Assembly: GCA_964016885.1 (NCBI GenBank) | Contig: OZ024740.1 | Coordinates: 132,432,001 to 132,496,000, forward strand | Direction: 5' to 3' | Source of the DNA: Eledone cirrhosa | Taxonomy: Eukaryota | Length of the DNA stretch: 64,000 nt | The notes under the pieces: generated by a model | The model's database searches: none | What the model was told of the DNA's origin: nothing | What the model saw: only the letters and a program-made list of their open reading frames with translations | Translations under genes and position numbers: made by a program | Shown: one piece after another, positions 12,736-27,045 of the stretch | Position numbering within the stretch: the stretch's first letter is position 1 | How the letters are laid out: each line of letters starts with the position of its first letter

Positions 12736-13847
12736 TGGGTGCCATTTGGGATAGGGGTGTTTCTGTTGTGGTGGAACCTTTGGCCCGCCGGAACTTCATG
12801 CCGGTAACTGGATGGGCGATAGACTCTTGCATGGTCGTTGCTGTATGGGGGTTTGGTTCTTCTGTTATTTCGTTCAGTATTCATGTGTCTTTGATTTTGT
12901 CTCCGGTAATTGTTATTGGTGTTAGGGCAGTGGTTGTATCTGGTTCTGGTGTTGAGTATTGGGTCTGTATGTAGTTGTGTGTTTGGGGTTACCCGATATC
13001 TGGTTGTTGTTGGTTTATTGTGTGTGGGTGTTTCATTTCTTGTGTTGTTGTATTTTCCTGAGTTCTGGGGTTTCCTATGGGTTTGTTTTCCGGGTTTTAT
13101 TTGGTCTTTCCCATAGTTATCTTCATATTCTTGAAGCCATTGAATTCTTGATTCCAAGATTTTCTTTGATTTTAACTCCTCTCTAGTTGTATCTGTCTGC
13201 CATAGGTTAAGGAGTTTTTCACGTAAATTGCCGCTGCTTCTTTTGTTTATTTCCTCTTGGATGGTGGTGTCGCATTTTTCAAATTTCTCTTTGAATTTTG
13301 GCACTCTTAGGCGGAGTAGGGTGATTTCGGTCTCAAGTGTTTGGAGTGCTAGATTTAGTCTTGTTGCAGTTTCATCCTTTGATTCCAATGGTATTTCTTT
13401 AATTCGGAATGTTCTCGGGAGGATAACTGGTTCCTTGCTACGCCATATTTCGTATGTGTCTGCTAGGTTTTCACTCCTCAAGGCTTTCCAGTATGCCTGT
13501 TTTCTTTGATTTAATAGTTGGTTCCAAATGTTTTTCATTTGGTTTCTTTTTCTGTAGGATTCTTTTTCTAGATTCAGTTCATTCCATTCTTTGAATGCAT
13601 TATTGGTGATGGAGTTCTGTTCATGTGTAGCTATTTCAGGGGAAAAGGTTTGTTCTTCTTTTTCTCGGTCTGTAATTAGTGAATCAAGTTTTTCCCTATA
13701 GCTGCGTGGTTGTTGTTCCTTTTCTTGTACGGCATTCGAAAGGGAATCATATTTATCTATTATTATGGTGATTTTTTCTGATATTTCCTGTAGTAGTGTC
13801 TCCGAATTGAGGGATTCAGTAGAGGATTTTGAACGTGTGTTAGCCAT
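12699..13847 (-). CDS. PLE-associated ORF1 (382 aa from MANTRSKS): helical, coiled-coil-like N-part and basic low-complexity C-part
   Basis: Intact ORF directly upstream of the PLE RT. E/K/Q/L-rich helical region followed by an R/N/T/H-rich tail. A second copy starts at the same Met (14575). Confidence 0.75.
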   Translation of the reverse strand: MANTRSKSSTESLNSETLLQEISEKITIIIDKYDSLSNAVQEKEQQPRSYREKLDSLITDREKEEQTFSPEIATHEQNSITNNAFKEWNELNLEKESYRKRNQMKNIWNQLLNQRKQAYWKALRSENLADTYEIWRSKEPVILPRTFRIKEIPLESKDETATRLNLALQTLETEITLLRLRVPKFKEKFEKCDTTIQEEINKRSSGNLREKLLNLWQTDTTREELKSKKILESRIQWLQEYEDNYGKDQIKPGKQTHRKPQNSGKYNNTRNETPTHNKPTTTRYRVTPNTQLHTDPILNTRTRYNHCPNTNNNYRRQNQRHMNTERNNRRTKPPYSNDHARVYRPSSYRHEVPAGQRFHHNRNTPIPNGTHFLGLGASHQMK

Positions 13848-14574
13848 TCTGTTTTGTACAAGAGGATAGAATATTGGAAAATGTGTGTAATCCTTGGTAC
13901 AGTTAGGTATATTAAGACAGGGGGAAGACAAAAATGGCTTCACTTGTGCTTTCAACAAATTTATTTTCTTCACAAAATCCCAAAATAATTTTTTTTTCCG
14001 GATTAGAAAACATTTAAAAAAAATTTTTTTTTTAATTTTTATAAATTGAGTCGTTGGTTGTTGGACATCCAGACGTCCACAGCTTCAATCTCTAGGTCGT
14101 GTGGGATGTTAGTGTACAAGCTTATTTGTATCCTGGTGTACTTTTTGGGGGATTTGGTTAAGGAATTCCATATCATCTCTGATGTTGCTTGGAACTTTTT
14201 TACATAGGGCTTTGAGTATGATGTCTAATAGGTTGCTTAGACGTTGTGTGCTTGAATGGAAATCCTTAACTATATCCCCCAAAAGTACACCAGGATACAG
14301 ATAAGCCTGTACACTAACATCCCACACGACCTAGGGATTGAAGCTGTGGACGTCTGGATTACCACAACCAACGACTCAATTTATAAAAATTAAAAAATTA
14401 AAAAAAAATGTTTTCTAATCCGGAAAAACAAATTCTTTTGGGATTTTGGGAAGAAAATAATTTTGTTGAAAGCACAAGTGAAGCCATTTTTTTCTTCCCT
14501 CCTGTCTTAATATACCTAACTGTACCAAGGATTACACACATTTTCCAATATTCTATCCCCTTGTACAAGACAGA

Positions 14575-15582
14575 ATGGCTAACACATGTTCAAAATCCTC
14601 TACTGAATCCCTCAAATCGGAGACACTACTACAGGAAATATCAGAAAAACGCACCATAATAATAGATAAATACGATTCCCTTACGAATGCCGTACAAGAA
14701 AAGGAACAACAACCACGCAGCTATAGGGAAAAACTTGATTCACTAATTACAGACCGACAAAAACAAGAACAAACCTTTTCCCCTGAAATAGCTACACATG
14801 AACAGAACTCCATCACCAATAATGCATTCAAAGAATGGAATGAACTGAATCTAGAAAAAGAACCCTACAGAAAAAGAAACCAAATGAAAAACATTTGGAA
14901 CCAACTATTAAATCAAAGAAAACAGGCATACTGGAAAGCCTTGAGGAGTGAAAACCTAGCAGACACATACGAAATATGGCGTAGCAAGGAACCAGTTATC
15001 CTCCCGAGAACATTCCGAATTAAACAAATACCATCGGAATCAAAGGAAGAAACAGCAACAAGATTAAATCTAGCACTCCAAACACTTGAGACCGAAATCA
15101 CCCTACTCCGCCTAAGAGTGCCAAAATTCAAAGAGAAATTTGAAAAATGCGACACCACCATCCAAGAGGAAATAAACAAAAGAAGCAGCGGCAATTTACG
15201 TGAAAAACTCCTTAACCTATGGCAGACAGATACAACTAGAGAGGAGTTAAAATCAAAGAAAATCTTGGAATCAAGAACTCAATGGCTTCAAGAATATGAA
15301 GATAACTATGTGAAAGACCAAATAAAACCCGGAAAACAAACCCATAGGAAACCCCAGAACTCAGGAAAATACAACAACACAAGAAATGAAACACCCACAC
15401 ACAATAAACCAACAACAACCAGATATCGGGTAACCCCAAGCACACAACTACATACAGACCCAATACTCAACACCAGAACCAGATACAACCACTGCCCTAA
15501 CACCAATAACAATTACCGGAGACAAAATCAAAGACACATGAATACTGAACGAAATAACAGAAGAACCTTTTGGATTTTGTGA
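14575..15582 (+). pseudogene. Inverted, 3'-truncated copy of PLE ORF1
   Basis: 335-aa ORF nearly identical to 12699-13847, broken at about 15566 by a jump into the pLTR-like segment. Confidence 0.85.
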
Positions 15583-15673
15583 AGAAAATAAATTGTTGAA
15601 AGCACAAGTGAAGCCAGTTTTTTCTTACCCCCTGTCTTAATATACCTAACTGTACCAAGGATTACACACATTT

Positions 15674-17651
<1,978 letters not shown>

Positions 17652-17724
<73 letters not shown>

Positions 17725-17738
17725 ATATGTATATATAT

Positions 17739-17820
<82 letters not shown>
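17652..17820. repeat. (TA)n/(TG)n microsatellite
   Basis: Directly visible. Confidence 0.95.
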
Positions 17821-17827
<7 letters not shown>

Positions 17828-18058
17828 CATAATATACATTTCAATGATATAGTTATGCAATGGTTATACACTTATCAGTCTCCTTGTGTCATCATCAGAT
17901 GTTCATAGAATTGTGAAGTGAAGTTATGTAAGCATTTTGATATGCCGCTTTTATTGTATTACCATCTTGGTGTGATCCGGTCTATCCTCGCTGCGTTACA
18001 ACGTAACATCCATGGATTTACAGCCTTATTATCTGCACTATATATATGTGTGGGGAGA

Positions 18059-18070
18059 TAGTGTGTGTGT

Positions 18071-18161
<91 letters not shown>
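18059..18161. repeat. (GT)n microsatellite
   Basis: Directly visible. Confidence 0.95.
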
Positions 18162-18165
<4 letters not shown>

Positions 18166-18448
18166 AATTTGGTATATCTAAAGATATACGGTATGTTTAA
18201 TAAATAATCATTTTAAAAACTAAGCTATTATAGCGGATTCCAACGGAAGTAGCGAAGGATAACTGCTTATAAGTATTTAGAAATGAATGGTCTCATCGGG
18301 TCAGTTTTCCCTGTTGCCGGCTGCTGGCACTTGAAAACAGGCGAGAAATGATAGTATTTTCCTGTGTAGGTGATTAGCTTCATTTGCATATGAAGCTGTT
18401 AAGTTGGCTCAACTTAAGAGAAGAATTAAAATTTAGATTCAACTTAGT

Positions 18449-18490
<42 letters not shown>

Positions 18491-18682
18491 TGAGAATTTC
18501 GTATATCTAAATATATATGCTATGTTTAATAAATGAACATTTGGAAAGCCAAACTATCAATATTCAAAGGCTGGCGGTGAGAACGTATGCATATAGCTAT
18601 GTTGAATCTAATTTTCAATGATACATTGTGTGGTTATTTATAGATGTTTCGGTCCTACTCAGGGCTTCTGTTAGTCCCTGTG

Positions 18683-18832
18683 GTACTGGGGTCGATTTAA
18701 TCGACTTTCCCCACCAAAAACATTACCGGCCTTGTGCCTATACTAGAAATCACTATTATTATTATTATTATGAAATAGTGGTGGATTGGCAGTATCGGTA
18801 GAGCGTCAGATATCATGCTTTGCAGCATATAG
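18683..18832 (+). mobile_element. SINE fragments (3' part with (ATT)n tail, then a 5' head fragment)
   Basis: GTACTGGGGTCGATTTAATCGAC...GGCCTTGTGCCTATACTAGAAATC(ATT)n and TTGGCAGTATCGGTAGAG match parts of the SINE at 59696-59880. Confidence 0.65.
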
Positions 18833-19602
18833 TTCAAAATATATTTACTTTGATTTCAAGCGTGTTATATCTTTTGAATACTAGGAACGAAATAGTAATG
18901 AATTCTCCACATCACTTCTTTATTCAATAAGGTATTCGATCCCAACAAATGGTTCATTCCGTCCCCCTTTTATATTAGTTTACTTTTATATTTTTATATA
19001 TATATATATTTTTTATATTTATAAGTAAATTAGCATGTGTATTTATGATTGTGGATACATTTATACGAATTTAACTTTGGATGTCTAACTATACCCCTAT
19101 ATATAATTAAATCGGCATGTGACCGTATGATGGTGAATTAATTTATAAGATTTTATCTTTAAATGTGTACCTGCATCTCTATTTATAAGGCAATGCCAAT
19201 GTGGATACAGGGAGGAGTACGCGGTTTCTTGTATATGTAGCACGTCGGGTAGATTCGAAACACTTTGATATATTTATAAGAAAGTAGTTTATATACAGAC
19301 ACGGTAGGCTAAAGGTAGCAATTCCACTATTATTAACGTATATTCTTAGAGAGATATTGATTGCTTGCTCACATATTAACTGTTTAAGAAATCAAACTAT
19401 CTTCTCACCTATATTGAACTGGTTTTGAAGAAAATTGGCAGGTGTACATTATCAACAATTTTGCGCATTATCGCGAATCCGGTTATAAGTATATATGTGG
19501 TGATATATTGCTAAAGACTACCCTGTATAGTTGTGCATATATTAAGGCTAGTATTTCTGCGTGGGTGTAAAGGTGTCTCTTTATATACCTGTAAATCTCT
19601 GT

Positions 19603-22600
19603 CAGAGGTATGCTGTCGGGAACCACGGTTCCTGGTTGGGCCACCGAGGCGGAATGGTCTGGCACCCTGCGGTATTAGGGCCGCAACCCAGCAGAAGGGG
19701 CTCTGGTGAAAATCATGAGATGTCTGTTCCGGCAACCTGCGGCTTCGGGTCGTTTCTGTCCCTGCATCTGTGGAGAATCTGCGGCAAATAGGACATTTTT
19801 TCCCCTCGTTCGGGATATACATGCGGGTTTTTTGGGGAACGCTTGTGAATTCACTACTCCCATGACTCTTCTTCCATGAATCCTACAAATACGAACTATG
19901 AATACGAATTGCCTTCCCGCTACGAACGCAATGCAAAGCAACAGCGCTCCTACCGCTATGGCTCTACAGAGTATTCTCGCAGTAGTTCCGCTCTTCAGAC
20001 GAAGGAAGGGATTGAGGGTGGCGTGCTGGAAAGCCCGAACACTTCGTGACGACAGTATCCAGTCACTTACAATGATGGCTCTAGGTTAGTGTTGCTTGCC
20101 TTTCAGAAGTATGATTTCCAGATGTTGGTCATCTTCCGATCAAAGTTCCTGGCGACGACATCTCCTACCACTTGAACCATAGTGGCATGACTGACAACAG
20201 TGGCCTTCACGGGGTCGCTGTAGCGCTCAGCCCCGACGCGCAAGGGGCTCTGCTGGCGTGAAAGGCGATCTCACACCGACTCGCACTGGTTCGATTGGAG
20301 GGTCAAATCTCCAACGTCAGCGTAATTGCCGTCTACGCTCCCACACTCAATGCGGACGAGGCGGTCAAGACGCAATTGTATGCCGATCTCCAAACAACCG
20401 TGGATGGCGTCCCATCCAGTGATGTTGTCATTGTCGCTGGTGACTGGAATGCGCGGACGGCGCCGGCTGATGATACAACTCGGCATATTCTAGGACGCTT
20501 CGCCTTAGGCGTACGCTGTGACAATGGTGAACGGCTCGTGTCCTTCGCGGATGCCAATCGTCTTATTGTCAGCAACACCCAGTTCCAACATCCTCGGCGT
20601 CACCTCGTTATGTGGCGATCCAATGACGGAATAACGGCCAATCAGACTGACTACATCCTCGTCAGATCTCGGTGGGCCAGCTCAGTGATGGACTCGCGTG
20701 CGTATCGAGGGGTTGATGCGGGTAGTGAGCATGGGTCAGACCATACTCTTGTTCGAGCCAGCCTTCGTCTGCGGCTGCCGGCGAAGTCTCCTCCTAACCG
20801 CCAGAAAAGGATCGAAATCTCGCGGCTAGAGCTGCGATTCTGATTCCAACTGCTGAGTAACGAAGTGGAACAGCAACCAGAGCAGGAGTGGAACGCGCTC
20901 AGGGCGGAGACGGTAAGGGGGCCAGAGAGGATCTCGGGTCAACCCAAAGACGCCATCTGGACCGGATCTCCAGCACACTCTTGAACTCGCGGAGAGGGCG
21001 AGAGTGGCCCGACTCGAGGGTGCACCCAATCTTCTAAATCTCTGACGTGGCACACCTTATCAGGCCAATCGGAATGCACTCTGGCGGGCCAGCCGAAGCA
21101 GTACGGGTATCAGCGAGACAATCCGTAGTCGGAACGGGGCGGTCATTACCAATCTTAATGACCGGCTAGACCGATGGCGGGGCCATTTCTCCGAGCTGCT
21201 CAAGCACCCGCCACCACCGACGCCAACCTACGTCCAGGTTTCCGGAGAAGAGTACGGGGGCAGCACAGCCCCTCCAACGGTCGAGGAGGTACGTAGTGTC
21301 CTGAAACATCTCCGGAACAACAGGGCGCCGGGCTAAGATGGAGTTCCAGCTGACGTCTACAAGGCCGAGCCTGATGTCTTCGCAGCTTGGCTCTATCAAG
21401 TCTTCTCCTCGGTGTGGTCGACGGAGCGGTTTCCTGGTGACTGGAGCGAGGCAACTCTCCTACCCTTCTTTCAAAAAGGCGATAGGAAACTGTGTTCGAA
21501 TTACAGAAGTATCAGTTTAGTTGACGTTGCTATGAAACCTTCACAATTCTTCTGCTGAAGAGGTTCCAGGCCATCCGTGATGTCCGAACCCGTCCTTATC
21601 AGGGCGGATTCCGTCCGGGGAGGGGGTGGGTTGATCAAATCTTCAATCTCCGGCGTGTCCTGGAACAACGGTGGGCGTATCAACAGCCTACCGTCCTCCG
21701 CTTCATCGAATTTGCAGCTGCCTTCGACTCAGTAGATCGGGAAGCCCTCTGGCGTCTAATGCAGGCGGACGGCATCCCAGTGAAGCTGCTTCCTCTCATA
21801 CAAGGCTACTACCGGTCGACTCGGGCTCGAGTGAGGGTCTATGGTGGGGAGACGGAGTCGTTCCATGTTGGGACCGGTGTTCGGCAGGAGTGTGCACTAT
21901 CGCCAACTCTCTTTAACTACGCCATTGACTACACTCTCAACACAACGCTCCGGGATTACCCGGGCGTGGAGGTCGGGAGAGGAGTCGTGGTGACGGACCT
22001 GGCCTACGCGGATGACATCGAGCTGATGGGGGCTAATGGGACAGATGTACAAGGTTCTCTCGAAAGGGTGCACACTGCAGCCGCCGCTGTTGTTCTACGA
22101 ATCAATGCTGCCAAGTCGAAAGTCATGACGTCACTCGTCTCGCCTGATGCCTGGCCGCCAATATCTCTCAAGGGCGTAGACCTGGAGGATGTGGAGTCCT
22201 CCGTTTACTTGGGCTCAACAGTGGTTCCAACGGGACAGGGCACAGCCGAGGTGAAGCGTCGCATAGGTACTGCCAGATCCACTTTTGGGCGCCTCCAGCG
22301 GTGTCTGTGGGACAGAAGAGAGATCACCTCGGCGACCAAAGGGCGAATCTACCAGGCCGTCGTTTCGCACTATCCTCCTCTATGGCTGTGAAACATTGCC
22401 TATGAGGGTAGTCGATCAACGAGGGGTGGAGGTCTTCGACAATTGACTGTCTCCGCCGCATTATTCGCTGCCGGCGCGTTCATCGGTTACCTACAACCAG
22501 TCTTCGTCTTCGTCTGAATCTTCGACCCCTTCATTCAGTGCTTCTGCAACGGCGCTTGAGATGGTTTGGTTACGCAGCCCGGCGTCCTGGGGGTGAGGTG

Positions 22601-22835
22601 ATCCGCGATGTTATCCTCCCACCTCCACTCCCTAACTGGCGCAAGCGCGCTGGCTGGCAGCTGAAGACCTGAGCAACGACGATCAAGGAGCACCTCTCCA
22701 AACTCTCAGGTCAACAGGTGGTCAGCCTGCGCCGATAGAACCGTTTACTGGCTCGCTATCTCCAGTGCCCTAGACCGGGACCATCGTGCGTGGGTTGCCA
22801 GGGTGAATGTCGACACAAGTACAATTACAAGTAAG
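19603..22835 (+). mobile_element. Full-length but mutated RTE-clade LINE (APE endonuclease plus RT)
   Basis: EN motifs VYAPT, VAGDWNA, TDYIL, SDH; RT motifs NYRSISL, AFDSV, GVRQECALSP, LAYADD, VYLG. Tail of CAAGTA-like repeats. Degenerate TSD TATACCTGTAAATCTCTGT (19584-19602) / TATACATGTAACTCTGT (22836-22852). Many stops and frameshifts; GC-rich relative to flanks. Confidence 0.9.
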
Positions 22836-24230
22836 TATACATGTAACTCTGTATCTATACATTTGGAAAGAGGTTGATTTATCTTGGAAATTATAATAGT
22901 GTTTTTCTATTATATATTTTTGGTTCTAGTCTTGGGGCGATGGCCATGTTTGGGTACTGCAACATGAATGTTAATAACTTGTAACCTATAAGGGGTCTAT
23001 CTATAATTGTATGTATTTCAACATGAGCAGACATACAATTCGGGCTATATGTATATATAGGGTTATGTATAAATATATACAGAAATGTTGGTATATATGG
23101 GGGAATATGTATGTATGTAGAACGCCCTTGAAGCATGTGTAAGGAAATAAATATGAACGTTGATGTTTCCCTCGATATACTTGTTTAAATTTGCTAGGCG
23201 TTGATGTCTACATCTCGAAATACTTCTTTCTAAAAGTCTCTTTCTTTTCAATCCTATATAATATTTAAACACATCGAGCTAATTCTAAAATGAGGTGGCA
23301 GAGTTAAATGTAAGAATGCGAGAGAGCCTTCCATCAAAATACGTTGATATAATGCAGCCTGTCAGGAATGCACTGACCCAAAAGATGGGTAACAATGGCT
23401 CCCAAACGTGTGCAAATTTTACAGAAGATACATGTACCACATAGGATCAAATTTATTTCTGATACCGAATCCAGCCATACTGCTTTCACTAAATGTGTCC
23501 ATGTCAGTTTATATTCCGATATTAAATTTATTTTTTTAACCCACTATTCTGCTTTTGGCAATGTCGATTAGATTTTAAAGACGTGTTCGCTCCTTGGTTA
23601 TTGCTTTGAAATTGCTTCTTTTTTTTTCAGCTATGGTGTGTGGGCTTCTTGACGTCCGGTAATTTGTACTTGGAATGTCTGTTTTGTTGTGTGCTGTTTT
23701 GTTTGAATACAGTGTAATTGCCAATTGAAAATATTTTTATCACGTATATGATGACCGTTGTGTGTGTGGAAAAGATATATGTATATATATATTTTTTTTT
23801 CTTTTGGTTGTCACGAGATTATGTCTATTTCTGTTATTTTGTATATGAATCCCAATCCACATGTCAAATTTTGCAAGATAGTTTTCTTTATACAATTGAA
23901 ACACAAGTGAGACAGAGATTCATCATACATTTTAAAATAGTGCTCAGAGAATCTGATTTTTAGAAAACTGAGTTGCATTGAGGTATTTTTATGAATTAAT
24001 TCACAGGCAATTTAAAGAACTTGAACCGATTTACTTATTCAAATGTTTTTCAGCCAGCACAGCATGGCCAAATAACACAATAACCACCGAAAGAACATCA
24101 ACAGCAACGAACCCGGTAGTCGTTGTCACAGTGTGACTAAGTCAACATCGACAATTATCCTCCACATTCCAGCTTTTCAAATTTGCTACTTTCTCAAACT
24201 AACTGAAGAGACAAGATATCAACGTTGTTA

Positions 24231-24287
<57 letters not shown>

Positions 24288-24294
24288 GCTGATG

Positions 24295-24342
<48 letters not shown>

Positions 24343-24391
24343 ATAATAATAATAATAATAATGATAATAATAATAATAATAATAATAATAA
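24231..24391. repeat. (ACT)n-(AAT)n microsatellite
   Basis: Directly visible; abuts the 5' end of the R4/Dong-like element. Confidence 0.95.
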
Positions 24392-26860
24392 AAGACAGAA
24401 CCGCATGTTCGACAACAACCAAAAGATGCTGTTTGGACAGCTTGAAGGGAAAGAAAGAGGCAATGACTTGATCCCTGAGGCGGAACAAACTAAAACATTC
24501 TGGAGGAAATATGGGAGCAGGATGTTAAACATAATGACCAGGCAGTGTGGATTGAGACAGTACAGAAGGAGATCAGTGAACAGGCACACCAACAATCTGA
24601 TTTGAGTATCACAGTTGAAACTCTTAACGGGCAGGCCAAAAAACTAACCAACTGTAAATCACCTGACCCAGATGGTGTGCATGGGGTATTGGATTAAAAA
24701 CATAACATCCCTCCACCCGAAACTGACAACCATGTTCAATGACTGCTTGATGTCAGGTGAGGTACCAGAGTGGTTGACAAAAGGTACCACAGTTCTGATA
24801 ATGAAAGACCGAATCAAGGGTAATGATGTTGCCAACTATAGACCTATCACATGTCTGTCCGTAATGTGGAAACTGTTGACAAGCATTATGATGAGGAAAT
24901 CTACCATCACCTCCACACAAACAACTTGTTACCGGACGAACGGAAAGGATACCGAAAGAAGTCACGTGGTACAAAGGACCAGTTACCTATTGATAAGATG
25001 GCAATGAGGAATTGCAAGAGGAGCCACACTGGTCTTGCCATGGAATGGATAGACTACAAAAAGGCATTTGACATGGTGCCTCATTCTAGGATCACCAAAA
25101 GCCTGGAGATCTTCAAGGTGGCAGATAACATCAAACAATTGTTGGGCAAAAGTGTGAAGTCCTGGAAAACAGAGTTAACATCAACTGGAGAATCCGTGGA
25201 AAGCATGACGATCAAGAGAGGTATCTTCCAGGGAGATAGTCTGTCCCCTCTGTTGTTTGCCCTTGCCCTGATGCCCCTGACCAATGTACTGCGAAAAGTG
25301 AGAGCAGGATACAGGTTGGGAAAGGGAGGGCTTATCATCAATCCCCACCTCTTCATGGACGATCTTAAGCTCTTCGGGAAGAGTGAGAAGGAGTTGGATG
25401 TGCTTGTTGACACTGTCCGTATTTTCAGCAGTGATATATGTATGCAATTTGGTATTAGTAAGTGTGGAGTCATTGTGATGAAGAGGGGTAAATTGAGCAG
25501 AAGTAACGAAATCCAGGTACCAACGGGTGAGATGATAAAGGAAATTGGCTCTGAAGAAGGATACAAGTATTTGGGCGTTCTGGAGGCTGATGACATCAAG
25601 AACAAAAAAATGAAGGAATTGATAAGAACTGAATACATTCGGAGAATAAGGAGCGTATTAAAGTCACATCTGAACAGTAGGAATGCCATAAGTGCAGTAA
25701 ATTCCCGAGCTTTGTCTATGATTCGGTACAGTGCGGGAATTCTGAGATGGAATGTTGCTGAACAGAAAGAAATGGATAGGAAGACTAGGAAGCTATTGAC
25801 TATCTACAACATGTTCCACAAGACGAGTGATGTCGATAGACTCTACTTAAGGAGATATGAGGGTGGAAGAGGTCTTATCAGCATAGAGGACCGTATTGAG
25901 ATGGAGAAAAACAACCTACACAAATGATAGTAAGGAGCCAATGCTCAGAACTGTACTGAAGGATTGGACAATAGGCCAGGGGATGTCCAAGGAGGAAATA
26001 ACATCAAGGAGAAAGAGCAGCCTTCAGGAAAAATCTCTTCATATTACCTTCTTTGAGAAAACTGAGTTTAGAGATCCACAGACATGGAACTGGATGAAAA
26101 GAGGAGACCTTAAAAAGGCTACAGAAGGAATGTTAATGGCTGCGCAGGAGCAGGCCCTCAAAACGAAGTGGTTGAAGCACCATATTTACATGGAGGAGGC
26201 TAGCCCACTGTGCAGGATCTGTGGAGAGAGAGAGGAGACTGTGGCTCACATTGTATCCGAGTGTAAACACCTAGCCCAGACTCACTATAAGGGCTGGAGA
26301 CATGATGTGATGGGTAGGGTGATCCACTGGCACCTATGAAAAGTAAACAATTTACCACATTCTGAGAAGTGGAATGAGCATAAGCCAGAGGCCGTGATAG
26401 AAAACGATCAGGTGAAGATGCTGTGGGATTTTAGGATACAGACGGACAAGAAACTGGAACACAATAGACCTGACCTGGTGGTTGTGGAAAAAGAAAAAAG
26501 ATCGTGCCTGATTGTGGTTGTGGCCTGCCCATTCGACACGAGAGTGCAAGAGAAGGAGAGGGAGAAAATTAACCGATACCCGGACTTAAAGTGGGAGGTA
26601 AAAAGGATTTGGAACTGCCATGAAGTCAAAGTGATCCTGATTGTCATAGGCGCACTAGGGACTATCTCAAAAGTTTTCCAGGTATGGTTAAACAAAATTG
26701 GCCCCTTCACGCATTTTGGAACGCTTCAAAAGGCATGCTTGCTGGGAAAAGCAAGAAACCTCCGATACGTCCTGAATATCTGAGGATGCAGGTAGTGGCT
26801 TGATATTCATTTCAACAAATTTTCCAGTTAACTAACATCAATGATTGAGACTCAAAGAGT
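24392..26860 (+). mobile_element. 5'-truncated R4/Dong-like non-LTR retrotransposon (RT, CCHC finger, restriction-like endonuclease), frameshifted
   Basis: [39 protein letters not shown]; CRIC..REETVAHIVSEC; RHD; RPDLVVVEK...ACP...EK..RY. Flanked by (AAT)n on both sides. Confidence 0.9.
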
Positions 26861-26893
26861 AATAACAACAATAATAATAATAATAATAATAAT

Positions 26894-27008
26894 TGTTTCT
26901 ACTTTTGGCACAAGGCCAGCAATTATACAGTACATTACTGGTACATCATTTTATCGACCTCGTAAGATGAAAGGCAAAGTTAACCTCGGCGGGATTTGAA
27001 CTCAGATC
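26894..27008 (-). mobile_element. 5'-truncated tRNA-derived SINE
   Basis: Reverse complement matches the B-box-to-tail part of the SINE at 59696-59880 (CTGAGTTCAAATCCCGCCGAGGTTAACTTTGCCTTTCATC...GCCAAAAGTAGAAAC) followed by (ATT)n. Confidence 0.8.
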
Positions 27009-27011
27009 ATA

Positions 27012-27045
<34 letters not shown>

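Noticed and set aside
13930-13985. GTGAAGA..GAAA-GCAC-AA-GTG in the pLTR-like segment of the ORF1-bearing PLE as a hammerhead
   Set aside because: Position 3 is not C or U paired with position 8, there is no NUH triplet and no convincing helix I; at most a decayed relic.
17828-17901. Minus-strand CAT-CTGATGA...GAAA-TGTATA-TT-ATG hammerhead candidate
   Set aside because: Only 3 bp of helix I and a poor helix II; could be chance or a heavily decayed copy.
19603-19720. HDV-like ribozyme at the RTE 5' end
   Set aside because: GC-rich and probably structured, but I could not fit the nested double pseudoknot by eye; it needs a descriptor search.
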